Source of the DNA: a virus
Taxonomy: Duplodnaviria; Caudoviricetes
Direction: 5' to 3' (one strand)
Virus record (IMG/VR): IMGVR_UViG_3300047400_000090
Location: 22,008 to 86,007 of that record
DNA: 64,000 nt
In this document: one piece after another, positions 25,348-35,642 of the stretch
How positions within the stretch are numbered: the stretch's first letter is position 1
How the letters are laid out: every line of letters begins with the position of its first letter
The notes under the pieces: model-generated
Databases searched by the model: none
Told to the model about the DNA's origin: nothing
The model's input: only the letters and a program-made list of their open reading frames with translations
Position numbers and translations under genes: made by a program

Positions 25348-25376
25348 ATCTTATAGCTAGACGGATGGCCTGTCAA
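25348..25376 (-). promoter_or_regulatory. sigma70-type promoter heading array C
   Basis: TTGACA-17 bp-TAAGAT. Confidence 0.75.
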
Positions 25377-25396
25377 CTTGGATGATATAATTAGGC

Positions 25397-25756
25397 ATGG
25401 CTAAAACGCCTAAGTATCTCTGCGACAACCCTAATCCCCATGTCCGCAGGAGATGCAAAGACTGCATCAGGATCTACAATAAACTCCACCTTGAGCGAAA
25501 GAAAGCCACTACCAAAGCCAGAAAAGAAGCCGCCAAGGCTCTCGGCCTAGATCGACTCCCTAGAATCAAGAAACCTAGAAAGATTACTACCCCACGGCCA
25601 GTCTATAGAGACCTCATGGAAGAGTGGATTAGAATCAAGTCTCACATGGAGCTTAACCCCGAGGACAAGAGGATCCTAACCGGAGCCATTACCGAGGCAA
25701 CCAAGGTGGATCTCTTGGATGAAATAGCGGCAGAATTTAGTCCAGTCCTGGAGTGA
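25397..25756 (+). CDS. Basic hypothetical protein with Cys/His cluster
   Basis: C...H...CKDC; divergent from array C; a palindrome copy (25736-25759) spans its stop. Confidence 0.6.
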   Translation: MAKTPKYLCDNPNPHVRRRCKDCIRIYNKLHLERKKATTKARKEAAKALGLDRLPRIKKPRKITTPRPVYRDLMEEWIRIKSHMELNPEDKRILTGAITEATKVDLLDEIAAEFSPVLE

Positions 25757-25837
25757 TTTAGACTCTTTGTTTTCAATAACTTAAGAAATAACAATCCGCC
25801 CATCTTGGGGCGTGCTACCCTTCGTGTAGGAGTTTTA

Positions 25838-26269
25838 ATGTCCCTATCCAAGGCAGACTTCAAGGCCACGACTAAGCGACTAGAGGCCTTAATCCGAAAG
25901 TGGCACGTTCCCCTAGGACTACAGAAGTGGAGGGTCTGTTATAGTTACGACGATACTCCCCCTGCTATGGATGATGAAGAGTGGCAAAGAACCGCCTGCA
26001 CCTCCTCTAAGTGGCAGTACCTAGAGGCAAGCATTAGCTTCAATATCGAAGCCTGCTCTGAGTTAAACGACAACGAGTTAGAAGAGGTATTTGTCCATGA
26101 GTGCTGTCACATTCTAGTGGCGGAGATGCATGGGGTTATCGATACGGAGCGAGAGTGGAGCAAAGAGCAGGTCGCCCACGAGGAGAGAGTGGTTGTTCAA
26201 TTGGCTCGGGCTTTTATTGATGTAATGGATAGAGGTTGCAAGTTAAGCAAGATTAAGGTAGAGTCTTAA
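25838..26269 (+). CDS. Small zincin-like HExxH protein, paralog of 17911-18312
   Basis: WHVPLGLQKW...VFVHECCH...HEERVVVQLA; GGAG SD before the ATG at 25838. Confidence 0.7.
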   Translation: MSLSKADFKATTKRLEALIRKWHVPLGLQKWRVCYSYDDTPPAMDDEEWQRTACTSSKWQYLEASISFNIEACSELNDNELEEVFVHECCHILVAEMHGVIDTEREWSKEQVAHEERVVVQLARAFIDVMDRGCKLSKIKVES

Positions 26270-26920
26270 TTATGGACAACAACTCCGTCCCGGAAGAAAC
26301 TCAACCACCGCAGCAAGTAGCGCCCTTTGACCTACCAGGACACTACTGGGTAGAAGATGAAAGCGTTCCCCGAGAGTGCCTCTTTCGGGGATTCAAGGAT
26401 GCTGCCTCTAGGGCTCAGGTGATTTGTATGACCTGCAACTGTTCAAGGTGCTCTCCCCAATGAAGACCACAAGATCGCCCAAGGGGCCGCAGGTGGTGTG
26501 GACGGTGGGACTTCTACTGGGGTGTGTAATTATTCCCTGGTGGCTGGTTTACTTAATTGTCAAATCTGTAGTAGGATTGTTCTAGAATGACTAAACAGCC
26601 TTGCGAGAAGTGCAATAAAAAGAGCGACTTACTGACCTATAGGGCCTCCGGGGTTGTTTTGCACCTATGCCCTACATGTCTAAATGAGTGGCTAAGCAAG
26701 AGAGACGCCGCCGTCAATGCCGCCTTCTGCGAGTGGACCAAGTCTAAATGACACACCTCTTTGCCTGTGCCCTAGGAGACGAGCTAACCAATAAGACCCT
26801 TCGCTGGTGCTACCGCTGCCAGCAATGGATCTGTGAAATTGAGGATTGCTCCGCCCAAGAGTGTACTCCCTACGAACCGCCGTGCCACGTCTGTCAATGC
26901 TTCGATACTCAGGTTAATAA

Positions 26921-27145
26921 ATGTTAATCTTTTCAATCATCGCCTACTTCGTTATATCCGTCTGGTTCTACTTTGACGGTATCTTCAAGTGGCACTATTG
27001 GGTTCAGATTAGGTCAGCAGCAGGCAGGGAGACCGCTCCTTTTGATTGGTCTGATAACTTTGCCATGTTTATGATGGCTCTGTTCTGGCCGCTTCAGGTC
27101 TTGGTTGAAGTAGTTATTAATCTGTATCATAACATTTTTCAATAA
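26921..27145 (+). CDS. Small membrane protein
   Basis: Two hydrophobic segments; ALFWP motif. Confidence 0.6.
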   Translation: MLIFSIIAYFVISVWFYFDGIFKWHYWVQIRSAAGRETAPFDWSDNFAMFMMALFWPLQVLVEVVINLYHNIFQ

Positions 27146-27408
27146 TGCCTACCTACGAGTATAAGTGCGAAAGATGCGGCTATGGAGAAGAAGTCAAGAT
27201 GCCCATAACCAGCTTCATCTCCGATGACCACTGGTGTCCAGAGTGCGGAAAGACCTTCGGCGAAGAGACTCTTGGATTTGGATTAAAGGAGCCGGGAGAC
27301 CGGACACTTAAGCTGGTGGTTCATGCCCCTGCGATCAAGTTTAACGGAAAGGGATTTTATGTCAATGACTACCCATCAGGAAGTAAGCCTGCCAGTAGAC
27401 GTAATTAA
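27145..27408 (+). CDS. FmdB-like zinc-ribbon protein
   Basis: MPTYEYKCERC...CPECG...FNGKGFYVNDY. Confidence 0.8.
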   Translation: MPTYEYKCERCGYGEEVKMPITSFISDDHWCPECGKTFGEETLGFGLKEPGDRTLKLVVHAPAIKFNGKGFYVNDYPSGSKPASRRN

Positions 27409-27578
27409 GATTCTCGAAGACTTTGTCTCAAGGGTTGGTCCAGTTACCCTCTGGTCTGGAAAGGGCTGTTACCCAGGCAGAGCGGTCTCAATGCCTATCC
27501 CTAATGGCTTAAGGCCAGCCGCCGAGATGCTCTCCCGTAGTGCCTTCATTGAAAACTTAGGAAAGTAGTTAAGTCTAT

Positions 27579-27587
27579 TGCTATAAT
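27579..27587 (+). promoter_or_regulatory. Extended -10 promoter upstream of the endolysin
   Basis: TG-C-TATAAT. Confidence 0.45.
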
Positions 27588-27641
27588 GGAGTTAACCAGG
27601 GAGTAGGTCTCCCAACTTACCCGACAACCGGGGATTCTTGG

Positions 27642-28310
27642 ATGGATCCCCGGCCCCTACAAGGAGGCAACGTGAAGTTAGACCAGACGACACATCGACT
27701 CCAGGATGGATGCTTCTTTCCAGAGAAGCAAGCAAAAGACCTACTCGTGCTACACTTTACCTCTGGCTATGGTGCAGCCTCCTCTATCTCTGGCTGGAAC
27801 GCCGTAAAGAATGGTGTATCTACCCCGTACATTCTCGACCTAGATGGAACACTCTATGAGACTTATGACCCATCGTTGTGGTCGTATCACCTAGGGATCC
27901 CAGGATCCGACTCAGGGAACCATAAGCACGATAAGCGAAGCATCGGGCTAGAGATTGCAAATATTGGACCCCTTAAAAAAATAGGGAATGATCTCCTCTG
28001 CTGGCCGAAGAACTTTACCCAAAGGTACTGTTCTGCGTCCGATAAGGGGAGTTTTGTACAGAAATCCTACCGTGGATTTGACTACTATGCAGCCTTTACC
28101 GAGGCACAAAAGAAGGCTATCCCTGAGGCGGTAAAGATGATCTGTGATAAATTTGGCATACCCATGGTTATGCCACCCAAGGATAAGTGGTTGGAGTTTG
28201 ACTTGCCGTACTACTCTAAGTGGAAAGGAATGTCCAATCACGGGAATTTTCGAGCCGACAAGTACGATTTAGGTCCAGCACTGGAGTATGATGAAATTTT
28301 AGCAGTTTAG
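27642..28310 (+). CDS. N-acetylmuramoyl-L-alanine amidase (endolysin)
   Basis: VLHFT, WSYHLG, SIGLEIAN, TEAQ and NHGNFRADKYD (Amidase_2 zinc ligands); the start may be the GTG at 27672. Confidence 0.85.
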   Translation: MDPRPLQGGNVKLDQTTHRLQDGCFFPEKQAKDLLVLHFTSGYGAASSISGWNAVKNGVSTPYILDLDGTLYETYDPSLWSYHLGIPGSDSGNHKHDKRSIGLEIANIGPLKKIGNDLLCWPKNFTQRYCSASDKGSFVQKSYRGFDYYAAFTEAQKKAIPEAVKMICDKFGIPMVMPPKDKWLEFDLPYYSKWKGMSNHGNFRADKYDLGPALEYDEILAV

Positions 28311-28347
28311 GCTAAACGCCGGAAAGGAGCGTGGTCCTAGTTGGTAT

Positions 28348-28385
28348 GGCTGTACCTGGGATAACCGGTGCAGCCTTTTGTTTTT
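28348..28385 (+). terminator. Intrinsic terminator
   Basis: GGCTGTACC/GGTGCAGCC stem followed by TTTTGTTTTT. Confidence 0.7.
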
Positions 28386-28406
28386 GAATCAGAGAAAGGA
28401 GGTAGA

Positions 28407-28565
28407 ATGGCAAAACATCCAGGATTTAAGAAGGTTCAGGAGAAAATTGAGGCCAAGGAAGGCGTTTCAAAGAAGGCGGCAGGAGCAATCCTAGCCAGTG
28501 CGACTAGAAACGCCGGTAAAGCGGCCAAGGCTGCAAATCCTAACCTGAAAAGAGTTAAGGGCTAA
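28407..28565 (+). CDS. Small basic protein (MAKHPGFKKVQ...)
   Basis: AAGGAGG SD; Lys/Ala-rich. Confidence 0.75.
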   Translation: MAKHPGFKKVQEKIEAKEGVSKKAAGAILASATRNAGKAAKAANPNLKRVKG

Positions 28566-28623
28566 TTTTTAGAGTAACTTACGGTTCTCTTGTGCAAAAA
28601 TAGTAGGAGAGGACCGTAAGACT

Positions 28624-28986
28624 TTGATTGCAACAGCCAGTTTAATGACCCCTTGGGGCGCTGCCGATAAGGTAGGAACGTTAGCCATCTCCAATAGCGC
28701 GTCTGGGGATACCACTCTAATTTCCGGCACATCTGGATCCTTTATTGTGGTCCTCGGAATGGTCCTTGTAGCCGCCGGAACCGTAGTAGTCACCTTCAAG
28801 GACAGCACCCCTGCCACTATCTCTGGGCCTTTTACCATGGGAACAAGCACCGGTAATGTCGGTGACTGTTCTGTTAATGGTCTCCACTTCGCCTGCGGAG
28901 CGGGTAAGGATCTAGTTATGAATCTAGGTTCTGCGGTTAATGTAGGTGGACACTTAGTCTATGCCTTAGTCAAGGGCGGCCAGTAA
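28624..28986 (+). CDS. Hypothetical beta-rich virion protein
   Basis: ORF track; directly precedes the fibre gene. Confidence 0.6.
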   Translation: MIATASLMTPWGAADKVGTLAISNSASGDTTLISGTSGSFIVVLGMVLVAAGTVVVTFKDSTPATISGPFTMGTSTGNVGDCSVNGLHFACGAGKDLVMNLGSAVNVGGHLVYALVKGGQ

Positions 28987-29003
28987 CCTAAGGGGAGGGT
29001 AAA

Positions 29004-32000
29004 TTGGCCTTAGACGCCACTAAAAATTTCGCCAAGGCTACTGTCTCTCAGGGATACAGTTCCTCGGCAACGACCATTGTTCTCAAGACTGGCGATGGGG
29101 CCAAGATGCCTACGGCACCGTTCAATGCCGTCTGGTGGAACGATACAACCTACGCCGACCCATCTGATGACCCATATGTTGAAATAGTTAGGGTTACTGC
29201 TGTCTCTGGGGATACTTTAACTATTACCAGAGCGCAGGAAAGTACGGCTGCGGCTGACCATAACATCACTGGACGTGTTTATAAGTTTGTGGCTGGTGTT
29301 ACCGCCCTACTGCCCCAGACCATCAACACCTATATCGGTCCTCTACTTACCCCGCAGAACGCCAACACCGTACTAGCTGGACCCACGACTGGCTCTGCCG
29401 CCGTAGCGGCCTTCAGGGCACTGGTTGCCGCAGACATGCCTGCTGGCGTAGTTACTTCGGTAGTCAACGACACTAACGTCACTGGTACAGTTGTCTCTGG
29501 GGTAATGACCCTGGGATGGACTGGGACCCTAGCAGCGGCACGACTTAACTCTAATGTCGTACAGTCGGTAACCAATGACACTAACATCACTGGATCGATC
29601 TCTGCCCAGGCCCTCACCCTGGGATGGACCGGCACTCTAGCCAAGGCTCGCCAGTACTCGGGGACGGTCTATAACGATCAGGCTAATACCTTTGGATCCG
29701 GCCTAAAGCAGACCTTTACCACTAGCGCCACTACTGCTGGACTCAATCTAGTGGCCGTTACTGCCAATCCTTCCTCCCCTGCCTCGGGGGATATTTGGTT
29801 TAGGAGCGATACCGGGCAGGTCTACTTCTATGACACCGCCGTCAGGCAACTTGTCAGGACCGATGTAGCCACCCTCTCCAGCCTTGCCTCCATTGGGACT
29901 ATTACTACAGGAATCTGGAATGGCACTGTAGTTGCAGTAACTTACGGTGGAACAGGGGTATCTACCGCCTCAGCTAACGTAGTCTTCTCAGGGCCTACTA
30001 CCGGAGCGGCTGCTGCCCCCTCGTTCCGTGCTCTAGTTACGGCTGATATGCCCAGTTCGGTGGCTACCTCGGTGGTCAATGACACGAACGTCACTGGTTC
30101 GATTGCCTCAAATGTCTTCACTCTTGGCTGGACAGGCACTCTTGCCGTCAATCGTGGTGGAATTGGGACTGGTACGGCTGGGATTGGTGCCTTTAACAAC
30201 ATAACTGGCTATACCGCCGCAGGGGCAACGGGAACCACCTCTACCAACCTAGTTTTCTCGACTAGCCCAGCACTAACCACCCCCACGGTAACCACCTCTG
30301 CGATTCTGTCTAATAACAGCCTTGGAGCGGCTACCGCCGATGGTTATGTACTACAGAACACTACGGCGGCGGCGGCAGGGGCGCAGCAATGGTCTCCAAA
30401 TCTTCACTTCAAGGGGCAGGGATGGAAGACAAACGCTACTGCAGCCTCGCAAGCTGTTGAATTTAGGGAATATCTAGTCCCGGTTCAGGGTGCAGCCAAT
30501 CCCAGTGGAACGTTGTACTGGGATTCTCAGGTTAATAGTGGCGGCTGGGTCAATCAAATGACCCTAACATCTTCCGGGGTACTCAGTGTGCCCACTGGTG
30601 GATCTTATCAGATTAATGGCGCTAATGTCCTAACGGCAACCACTCTTGGATCTGGAGTGATTAACTCCTCACTGACGTCCCTGGGAACGATTGCCACAGG
30701 TGTCTGGAATGGCACAAAGATTGGCTTGGCCTATGGCGGCACAAACGCAGACCTAAGCGCCACCGGCGGGACGAGTCGAGTCCTGATGCAGACCTCCACC
30801 GGGGCTAACATCTCTGTGGCTCAATTGGCAGCTTCGGACCTGAGTAACGGAGTAACCGGCTCTGGATTGGTGGTTCTTGGGACTAGTCCGACCTTAACGA
30901 CTAGCGGTACGGTTAGCTCGACGTCAATTGGCACTGCCCAGACTGCTGGATGGACCGTACAAAACACCACCGCTGCAGCGGCGGGAGCCCAGCAGTTCTC
31001 TCCCATGGTGGTCTTAACGGGCTATGGCTGGAAGACTAATGCCACAGCGGCGTCTCAGGAAGTTGATTTTGCACTCCAAACCCAACCAGTGCAGGGAGCA
31101 GCCAACCCCACGGGAAATCTGATTCTCTATAATCAGGTCAATGGCGGTGGCTGGAACACGCTACTGACTGTCCCTAGTGGCGGGAACCTTAACCTAAACT
31201 CAGGATCCTACCAAATCGGCGGGACATCGGTACTTAGTTCATCTACTCTTGGATCTGGAGTAACCGCCTCCTCTTTGACCTCGGTAGGCACTATTGCTAC
31301 CGGAACCTGGAATGGTTCTGTAATTACGGTGGCTTATGGCGGAACTGGGCAGTCTACCTTTACTAAAGGTGACATCCTGGTCGCTACCGGGTCTACGACT
31401 CTTACTAAGCTGGCAGTAGGCACGGATAATTACATCCTAACTGCCGACTCGGCGCAGGCGTCTGGCGTGAAGTGGGCAGCCAATACTGGTGGAGCGGCTG
31501 CTAGTCAGGCTCTTGATAACCTAGTCTCGGTAAACATCAACGCTTCGCTTCTTTTCCAGACCGGACTAGATGTCGGTTCTGCTGCCAAGGCCGCTAGGAA
31601 TTTGTACCTTTATGGGGCTGGCACTTATGGGACAACTAGCTTTAAGCTTGATGGTACACCTACCGCCGCAAGAACGTTAACCTTTCAGGATGCTTCCTAC
31701 ACGGTCATTGGTCGAGATACCACCGATACCCTAACCAATAAGACCTACGATACAGCTGGCACGGGCAATACCTTTAAGATCAATGGAACTACGATCTCTG
31801 CCGTTACTGGCACGGGGTCGGTGGTCTTGGCTACGTCACCTACTCTGGTTACGCCGGTCTTGGGCACGCCAACCAGCGGCACTCTGACTAATTGCACTGG
31901 GCTGCCTATCTCTACTGGAGTTAGCGGGCTTGGAACTGGTGTCGCAACTTTCCTTGCTACCCCTTCCAGCGCGAATCTAGCATCGGCGTTGACGGACAAG

Positions 32001-34139
32001 ACTGGAACGGGGGTAAGCGTATTCGGGACTGCTCCGACATTGTCGAGCGTCACTTCAGACAGAATTACTCTTACTGGTGCCGTTTCCGCGACGGCTTGGG
32101 GCACTGCGGGTATCCCTCTTAGAGTGGTGGCGTCCACTTACACCGACACGTCAAGCAGTGGAACCGTGGCGACCGCAATGATGAATACTATTGGTATTCC
32201 AACCATAGCGGCGTCCTCTACTGTAACTTTTACCGATGCGGCAACCTTCTATATTGCTGATAAGCCTACGGCTGGATCTAACGTAACACTAACCAACTCC
32301 TGGGCTGCATATTTTGCTTCTGGTAACAGTTACATGGCTGGCGGCCTTCAAATCGGGTCGGGAAGTTTCCCTGATAAGCTCACAGTCAACGGCGATCAAG
32401 GCCTATATGGAACGTCCGGCACTAGGAAATTTACAATCAAAAACACGGGCAGCGGTACGGGCGATAATGCCCGTTTGATACTCCAGAATGATAGTGGCGC
32501 GAATAACCAAGCGATATGGGCAAACTACTCCTCTGGGTATACCGGGACGGCCTTCGGTATCACGGTAGCAAACTGGGTTCTGCTAGACATTTCAGGAGGG
32601 TCTAATCAAGGATTAATTATCGGCAATGAGTCAAACAAGCCAATCGTCTTTGGCACCAATAACGCCGAGCAAATGCGCCTCATGGCCACCGGGAATTTGG
32701 TATCTGGGTCTACGACAGACGGGAACTACAGGTTGGATGTAGCCAAGAGTGGATCTAGCGGAACTTTCCGTGTTTATGATGCGACCGCCACAACAGGAGT
32801 AACGCAGTGCATCGTGAAGGCTGGAGCAGGGCAAAGCACAACGTCGATCTTCTCCGTACAAGATAATAGTGCAAACACTTTGTTGTCTGTCGTATCCAGT
32901 GGAACTAGTTATTACGCCCCATCGAGCAACTCCACCACGGCATGGCAATTCCGAACCGCTGCCGGTGGAAACATCTTCAACGTAGATTCAACTAACGGAA
33001 GAATTGGGATTGGGACAAACGCTCCTGGAGCACTTCTAGACATAAATGCAAACAGTGTTTCACTTAGCCCAGGTGCGCGCCTGTTGAGCGGTAACACTGC
33101 TAACTATATCGGATTTTCAGTAGGTCGAGCGGCGGAGGAGATTAGTATTGCGGCTGCTGCTGGCGCGGACCAATTCCTAACTGGAACAGTGGCCGGAAGC
33201 GGCGTAGTTGCTTCAAAAAATGACCTGTACCTAGGGACTGGACTGACTGTTGGATCTGTTGTAGGAACGGCCCAAATGAAATTGTCTACTGGTTCGGGGA
33301 CATCGTGGATTAGACCCGTAACCAACTCTACTACGGCGTGGCAGTTCCAGAACGCGGCGGGAACCTCCTTTGCAAATTTCGACTCCACGAACGCTGTTGC
33401 GACTTTAGCAAACAACGGCACAGTCGGTGTCGGAATATCCTTCCAGAGAATTTCTTCTCAGTACGGGCAATTGGCATGGAATACATATGGCAGTTCATAT
33501 TCAGCAGGGGCCACAGGTTATGGTGCAATTTTTGAGCTTAATGAATCATCCGGAACATTTTCATACTACACAGGTAGCAGCGTTACGGCGGGCAGCAATC
33601 ACGTAAATACAAACACCTTCAGCTTAGCTGCTGGATCTGGGACAACTTGGTTTCGGCCAGTAACAGATTCTACTACGGCGTTCCAGTTGAGGAATGCAGC
33701 AGGAACTGGCATTTTCACTGTCGATACGACTAATAGTCTAATACTGATTGGAGCTACCTCCGCCCTTCATAATACGGTATCCAAGCTAGAGGTTCGCGGA
33801 GGAAGAACCTATATCTCCTCTGGTGGCGATACCTACGCCCTAGGATTATTATATAACGACGCGGCCAATGGGCAATTCTTCCTTGGAGCGTCAAATAGTG
33901 CTACCCCAGACCTAATATTATCAAACAATGCCGGAACAGAGATTGCCCGTTTCGCTAACAGCGGTAACGTGGGAATAGGGGTTTCTTCTTTCGGTACTTC
34001 TGCGGTAGGCGTTATAGGCATTGCTAACGGGACCGCGCCATCTTCTTCTCCGGCCAGCATGGGACAGCTTTATGTCGAATCTGGTGCTCTGAAGTATAGA
34101 GGATCTGGAGGCACGGTAACTACAATTGCAGCAGCCTAA
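29004..34139 (+). CDS. Long tail fibre/spike protein (1711 aa) with internal repeats
   Basis: T/S/G/A-rich; VVNDTNVTG-like x4, AAAGAQQ.SP...GWKTNATAASQ x2, STTA(W/F)Q x3. Confidence 0.8.
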   Translation: MALDATKNFAKATVSQGYSSSATTIVLKTGDGAKMPTAPFNAVWWNDTTYADPSDDPYVEIVRVTAVSGDTLTITRAQESTAAADHNITGRVYKFVAGVTALLPQTINTYIGPLLTPQNANTVLAGPTTGSAAVAAFRALVAADMPAGVVTSVVNDTNVTGTVVSGVMTLGWTGTLAAARLNSNVVQSVTNDTNITGSISAQALTLGWTGTLAKARQYSGTVYNDQANTFGSGLKQTFTTSATTAGLNLVAVTANPSSPASGDIWFRSDTGQVYFYDTAVRQLVRTDVATLSSLASIGTITTGIWNGTVVAVTYGGTGVSTASANVVFSGPTTGAAAAPSFRALVTADMPSSVATSVVNDTNVTGSIASNVFTLGWTGTLAVNRGGIGTGTAGIGAFNNITGYTAAGATGTTSTNLVFSTSPALTTPTVTTSAILSNNSLGAATADGYVLQNTTAAAAGAQQWSPNLHFKGQGWKTNATAASQAVEFREYLVPVQGAANPSGTLYWDSQVNSGGWVNQMTLTSSGVLSVPTGGSYQINGANVLTATTLGSGVINSSLTSLGTIATGVWNGTKIGLAYGGTNADLSATGGTSRVLMQTSTGANISVAQLAASDLSNGVTGSGLVVLGTSPTLTTSGTVSSTSIGTAQTAGWTVQNTTAAAAGAQQFSPMVVLTGYGWKTNATAASQEVDFALQTQPVQGAANPTGNLILYNQVNGGGWNTLLTVPSGGNLNLNSGSYQIGGTSVLSSSTLGSGVTASSLTSVGTIATGTWNGSVITVAYGGTGQSTFTKGDILVATGSTTLTKLAVGTDNYILTADSAQASGVKWAANTGGAAASQALDNLVSVNINASLLFQTGLDVGSAAKAARNLYLYGAGTYGTTSFKLDGTPTAARTLTFQDASYTVIGRDTTDTLTNKTYDTAGTGNTFKINGTTISAVTGTGSVVLATSPTLVTPVLGTPTSGTLTNCTGLPISTGVSGLGTGVATFLATPSSANLASALTDKTGTGVSVFGTAPTLSSVTSDRITLTGAVSATAWGTAGIPLRVVASTYTDTSSSGTVATAMMNTIGIPTIAASSTVTFTDAATFYIADKPTAGSNVTLTNSWAAYFASGNSYMAGGLQIGSGSFPDKLTVNGDQGLYGTSGTRKFTIKNTGSGTGDNARLILQNDSGANNQAIWANYSSGYTGTAFGITVANWVLLDISGGSNQGLIIGNESNKPIVFGTNNAEQMRLMATGNLVSGSTTDGNYRLDVAKSGSSGTFRVYDATATTGVTQCIVKAGAGQSTTSIFSVQDNSANTLLSVVSSGTSYYAPSSNSTTAWQFRTAAGGNIFNVDSTNGRIGIGTNAPGALLDINANSVSLSPGARLLSGNTANYIGFSVGRAAEEISIAAAAGADQFLTGTVAGSGVVASKNDLYLGTGLTVGSVVGTAQMKLSTGSGTSWIRPVTNSTTAWQFQNAAGTSFANFDSTNAVATLANNGTVGVGISFQRISSQYGQLAWNTYGSSYSAGATGYGAIFELNESSGTFSYYTGSSVTAGSNHVNTNTFSLAAGSGTTWFRPVTDSTTAFQLRNAAGTGIFTVDTTNSLILIGATSALHNTVSKLEVRGGRTYISSGGDTYALGLLYNDAANGQFFLGASNSATPDLILSNNAGTEIARFANSGNVGIGVSSFGTSAVGVIGIANGTAPSSSPASMGQLYVESGALKYRGSGGTVTTIAAA

Positions 34140-34147
34140 GGAATAAA

Positions 34148-34519
34148 ATGGATAACTCTCCAATTACCGCACAAGACGAAAAAGACGTCCTAATTTTAAC
34201 CATCGAAATGCCTTTCCGTGGCATCACTACCACAGTAACGGTCCCCGCCATCCAGGTAGCCATGGGAGAGGTCTTTGTAGCCGACCAAGGAGATAAGTAT
34301 AGCGGTCTTATCGATATGATTATAAAGCACTTAAAAGAAAGCCTTATCAATCCTATCAATAAAACCTATGGCCCAAGGACCCCGCTCTTTGCCGACGTAG
34401 TTGCCGCCTATCAGTTACTTGAAGAGAAGAAGGCAGCCGCCGAAGCCCTTAAGACGAGTCTATTCAAGGTAGAGACGGTAGTTACTCCTCCAGTCGCGCC
34501 AGACGTTCCTCCGCAGTAG
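34148..34519 (+). CDS. Hypothetical protein
   Basis: ORF track; SD upstream. Confidence 0.65.
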   Translation: MDNSPITAQDEKDVLILTIEMPFRGITTTVTVPAIQVAMGEVFVADQGDKYSGLIDMIIKHLKESLINPINKTYGPRTPLFADVVAAYQLLEEKKAAAEALKTSLFKVETVVTPPVAPDVPPQ

Positions 34520-34567
34520 ACATTTTCTTTCAGTAGTGCTAGACTGTCATTAGGTTTAATTAACTCA

Positions 34568-34945
34568 ATGACTATTACACTAACAAAGATGGCGAGAATT
34601 GCCATTAGTAAGAACATGATGGCCAAGACCGGCCTTTCTGCTAAGGACATCAAGATGGCTATTGGGATCGATAATAAGATCGCCGTCCCCGAGGCGGAGA
34701 TTAAGGAAATGCACGTTGATTCCTGCCCTGTCTGCCAGCAGCCCGTTGGCTTCGACAAGAAGATGGCTATTGCCGGAGAACCCAAGTCGGTTGATCTTGA
34801 GTCCTCTGAGATCCGCTTCCTTAAGGAACTTCTGGATGAGTTGATTAAGGGTATTACCCCGCAACTCTACAAGGACTGGTACGGAGAAGCCCTGGCAAAG
34901 TTCGAGGAAGCAGTCAAGGCAATCGATTCTCCAACCACGGCCTAA
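34568..34945 (+). CDS. Hypothetical protein
   Basis: ORF track. Confidence 0.65.
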   Translation: MTITLTKMARIAISKNMMAKTGLSAKDIKMAIGIDNKIAVPEAEIKEMHVDSCPVCQQPVGFDKKMAIAGEPKSVDLESSEIRFLKELLDELIKGITPQLYKDWYGEALAKFEEAVKAIDSPTTA

Positions 34946-34969
34946 ATCACTCCAGCACTGGACTAAATT
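34944..34969. promoter_or_regulatory. Palindrome copy abutting the dUTPase ATG
   Basis: AAATCACTCCAGCACTGGACTAAATT followed directly by ATG. Confidence 0.7.
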
Positions 34970-35476
34970 ATGAATGAAACACCGAAACTAATGGACAGGG
35001 CTCCTGGTAAGCCTGTAGTAAAGTTCAAGAAACTTGAACCAACTGCCGTTATCCCAACTTTTGCCAAAGACGGAGACGCGGGACTCGACTTAACGGCTAC
35101 GTGGTTCGAGAAGAAGGATTTTACCATCATTGCCCATACCGGAATCTCAATGGAACTACCTCCCGGCTACGAAGCCCAGGTACGCTGTCGCTCAGGACTG
35201 GCCGTTAAGGGAGTAACAATCGTCAATAGCCCAGGAACTATCGATCAAGGCTACCGTGGCGAGATTATGGTTATCATTGGCTCTGTCTCGGGGATTGCTC
35301 CATCGATCTATGGTACGCGCTACGAGGCAAATTGTGCATCTACTAGCCTAAGAGCAGGGGACAGAATTGCCCAACTGGTAATCAGTAAGCTGGATCCGTT
35401 CAAGATCGAAGAAGTTGAGGATCTTGACGAGTCTACTGAGAGAGGTGCTGGCGGAATGGGGTCCACAGGTGCATAA
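34970..35476 (+). CDS. dut: Trimeric dUTPase
   Basis: AGLDL, RSGLA, GTIDQGYRGE, RIAQLV and RGAGGMGSTG. Confidence 0.95.
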   Translation: MNETPKLMDRAPGKPVVKFKKLEPTAVIPTFAKDGDAGLDLTATWFEKKDFTIIAHTGISMELPPGYEAQVRCRSGLAVKGVTIVNSPGTIDQGYRGEIMVIIGSVSGIAPSIYGTRYEANCASTSLRAGDRIAQLVISKLDPFKIEEVEDLDESTERGAGGMGSTGA

Positions 35477-35642
35477 GTGCCGATTAGACCAACGAAAGAA
35501 GACCAGCTTTCAATTAGCATCTCAGAGTCGGTAAGGCTCCTTGATGAAAAGTTCCCGCATCTAAGGGACGTAACTTGGTCCGAGACGGAAGATCGCAAGG
35601 CTCGGGCCATCAAAAGAAGACTAGAACAGGAAGAAAACAAGA

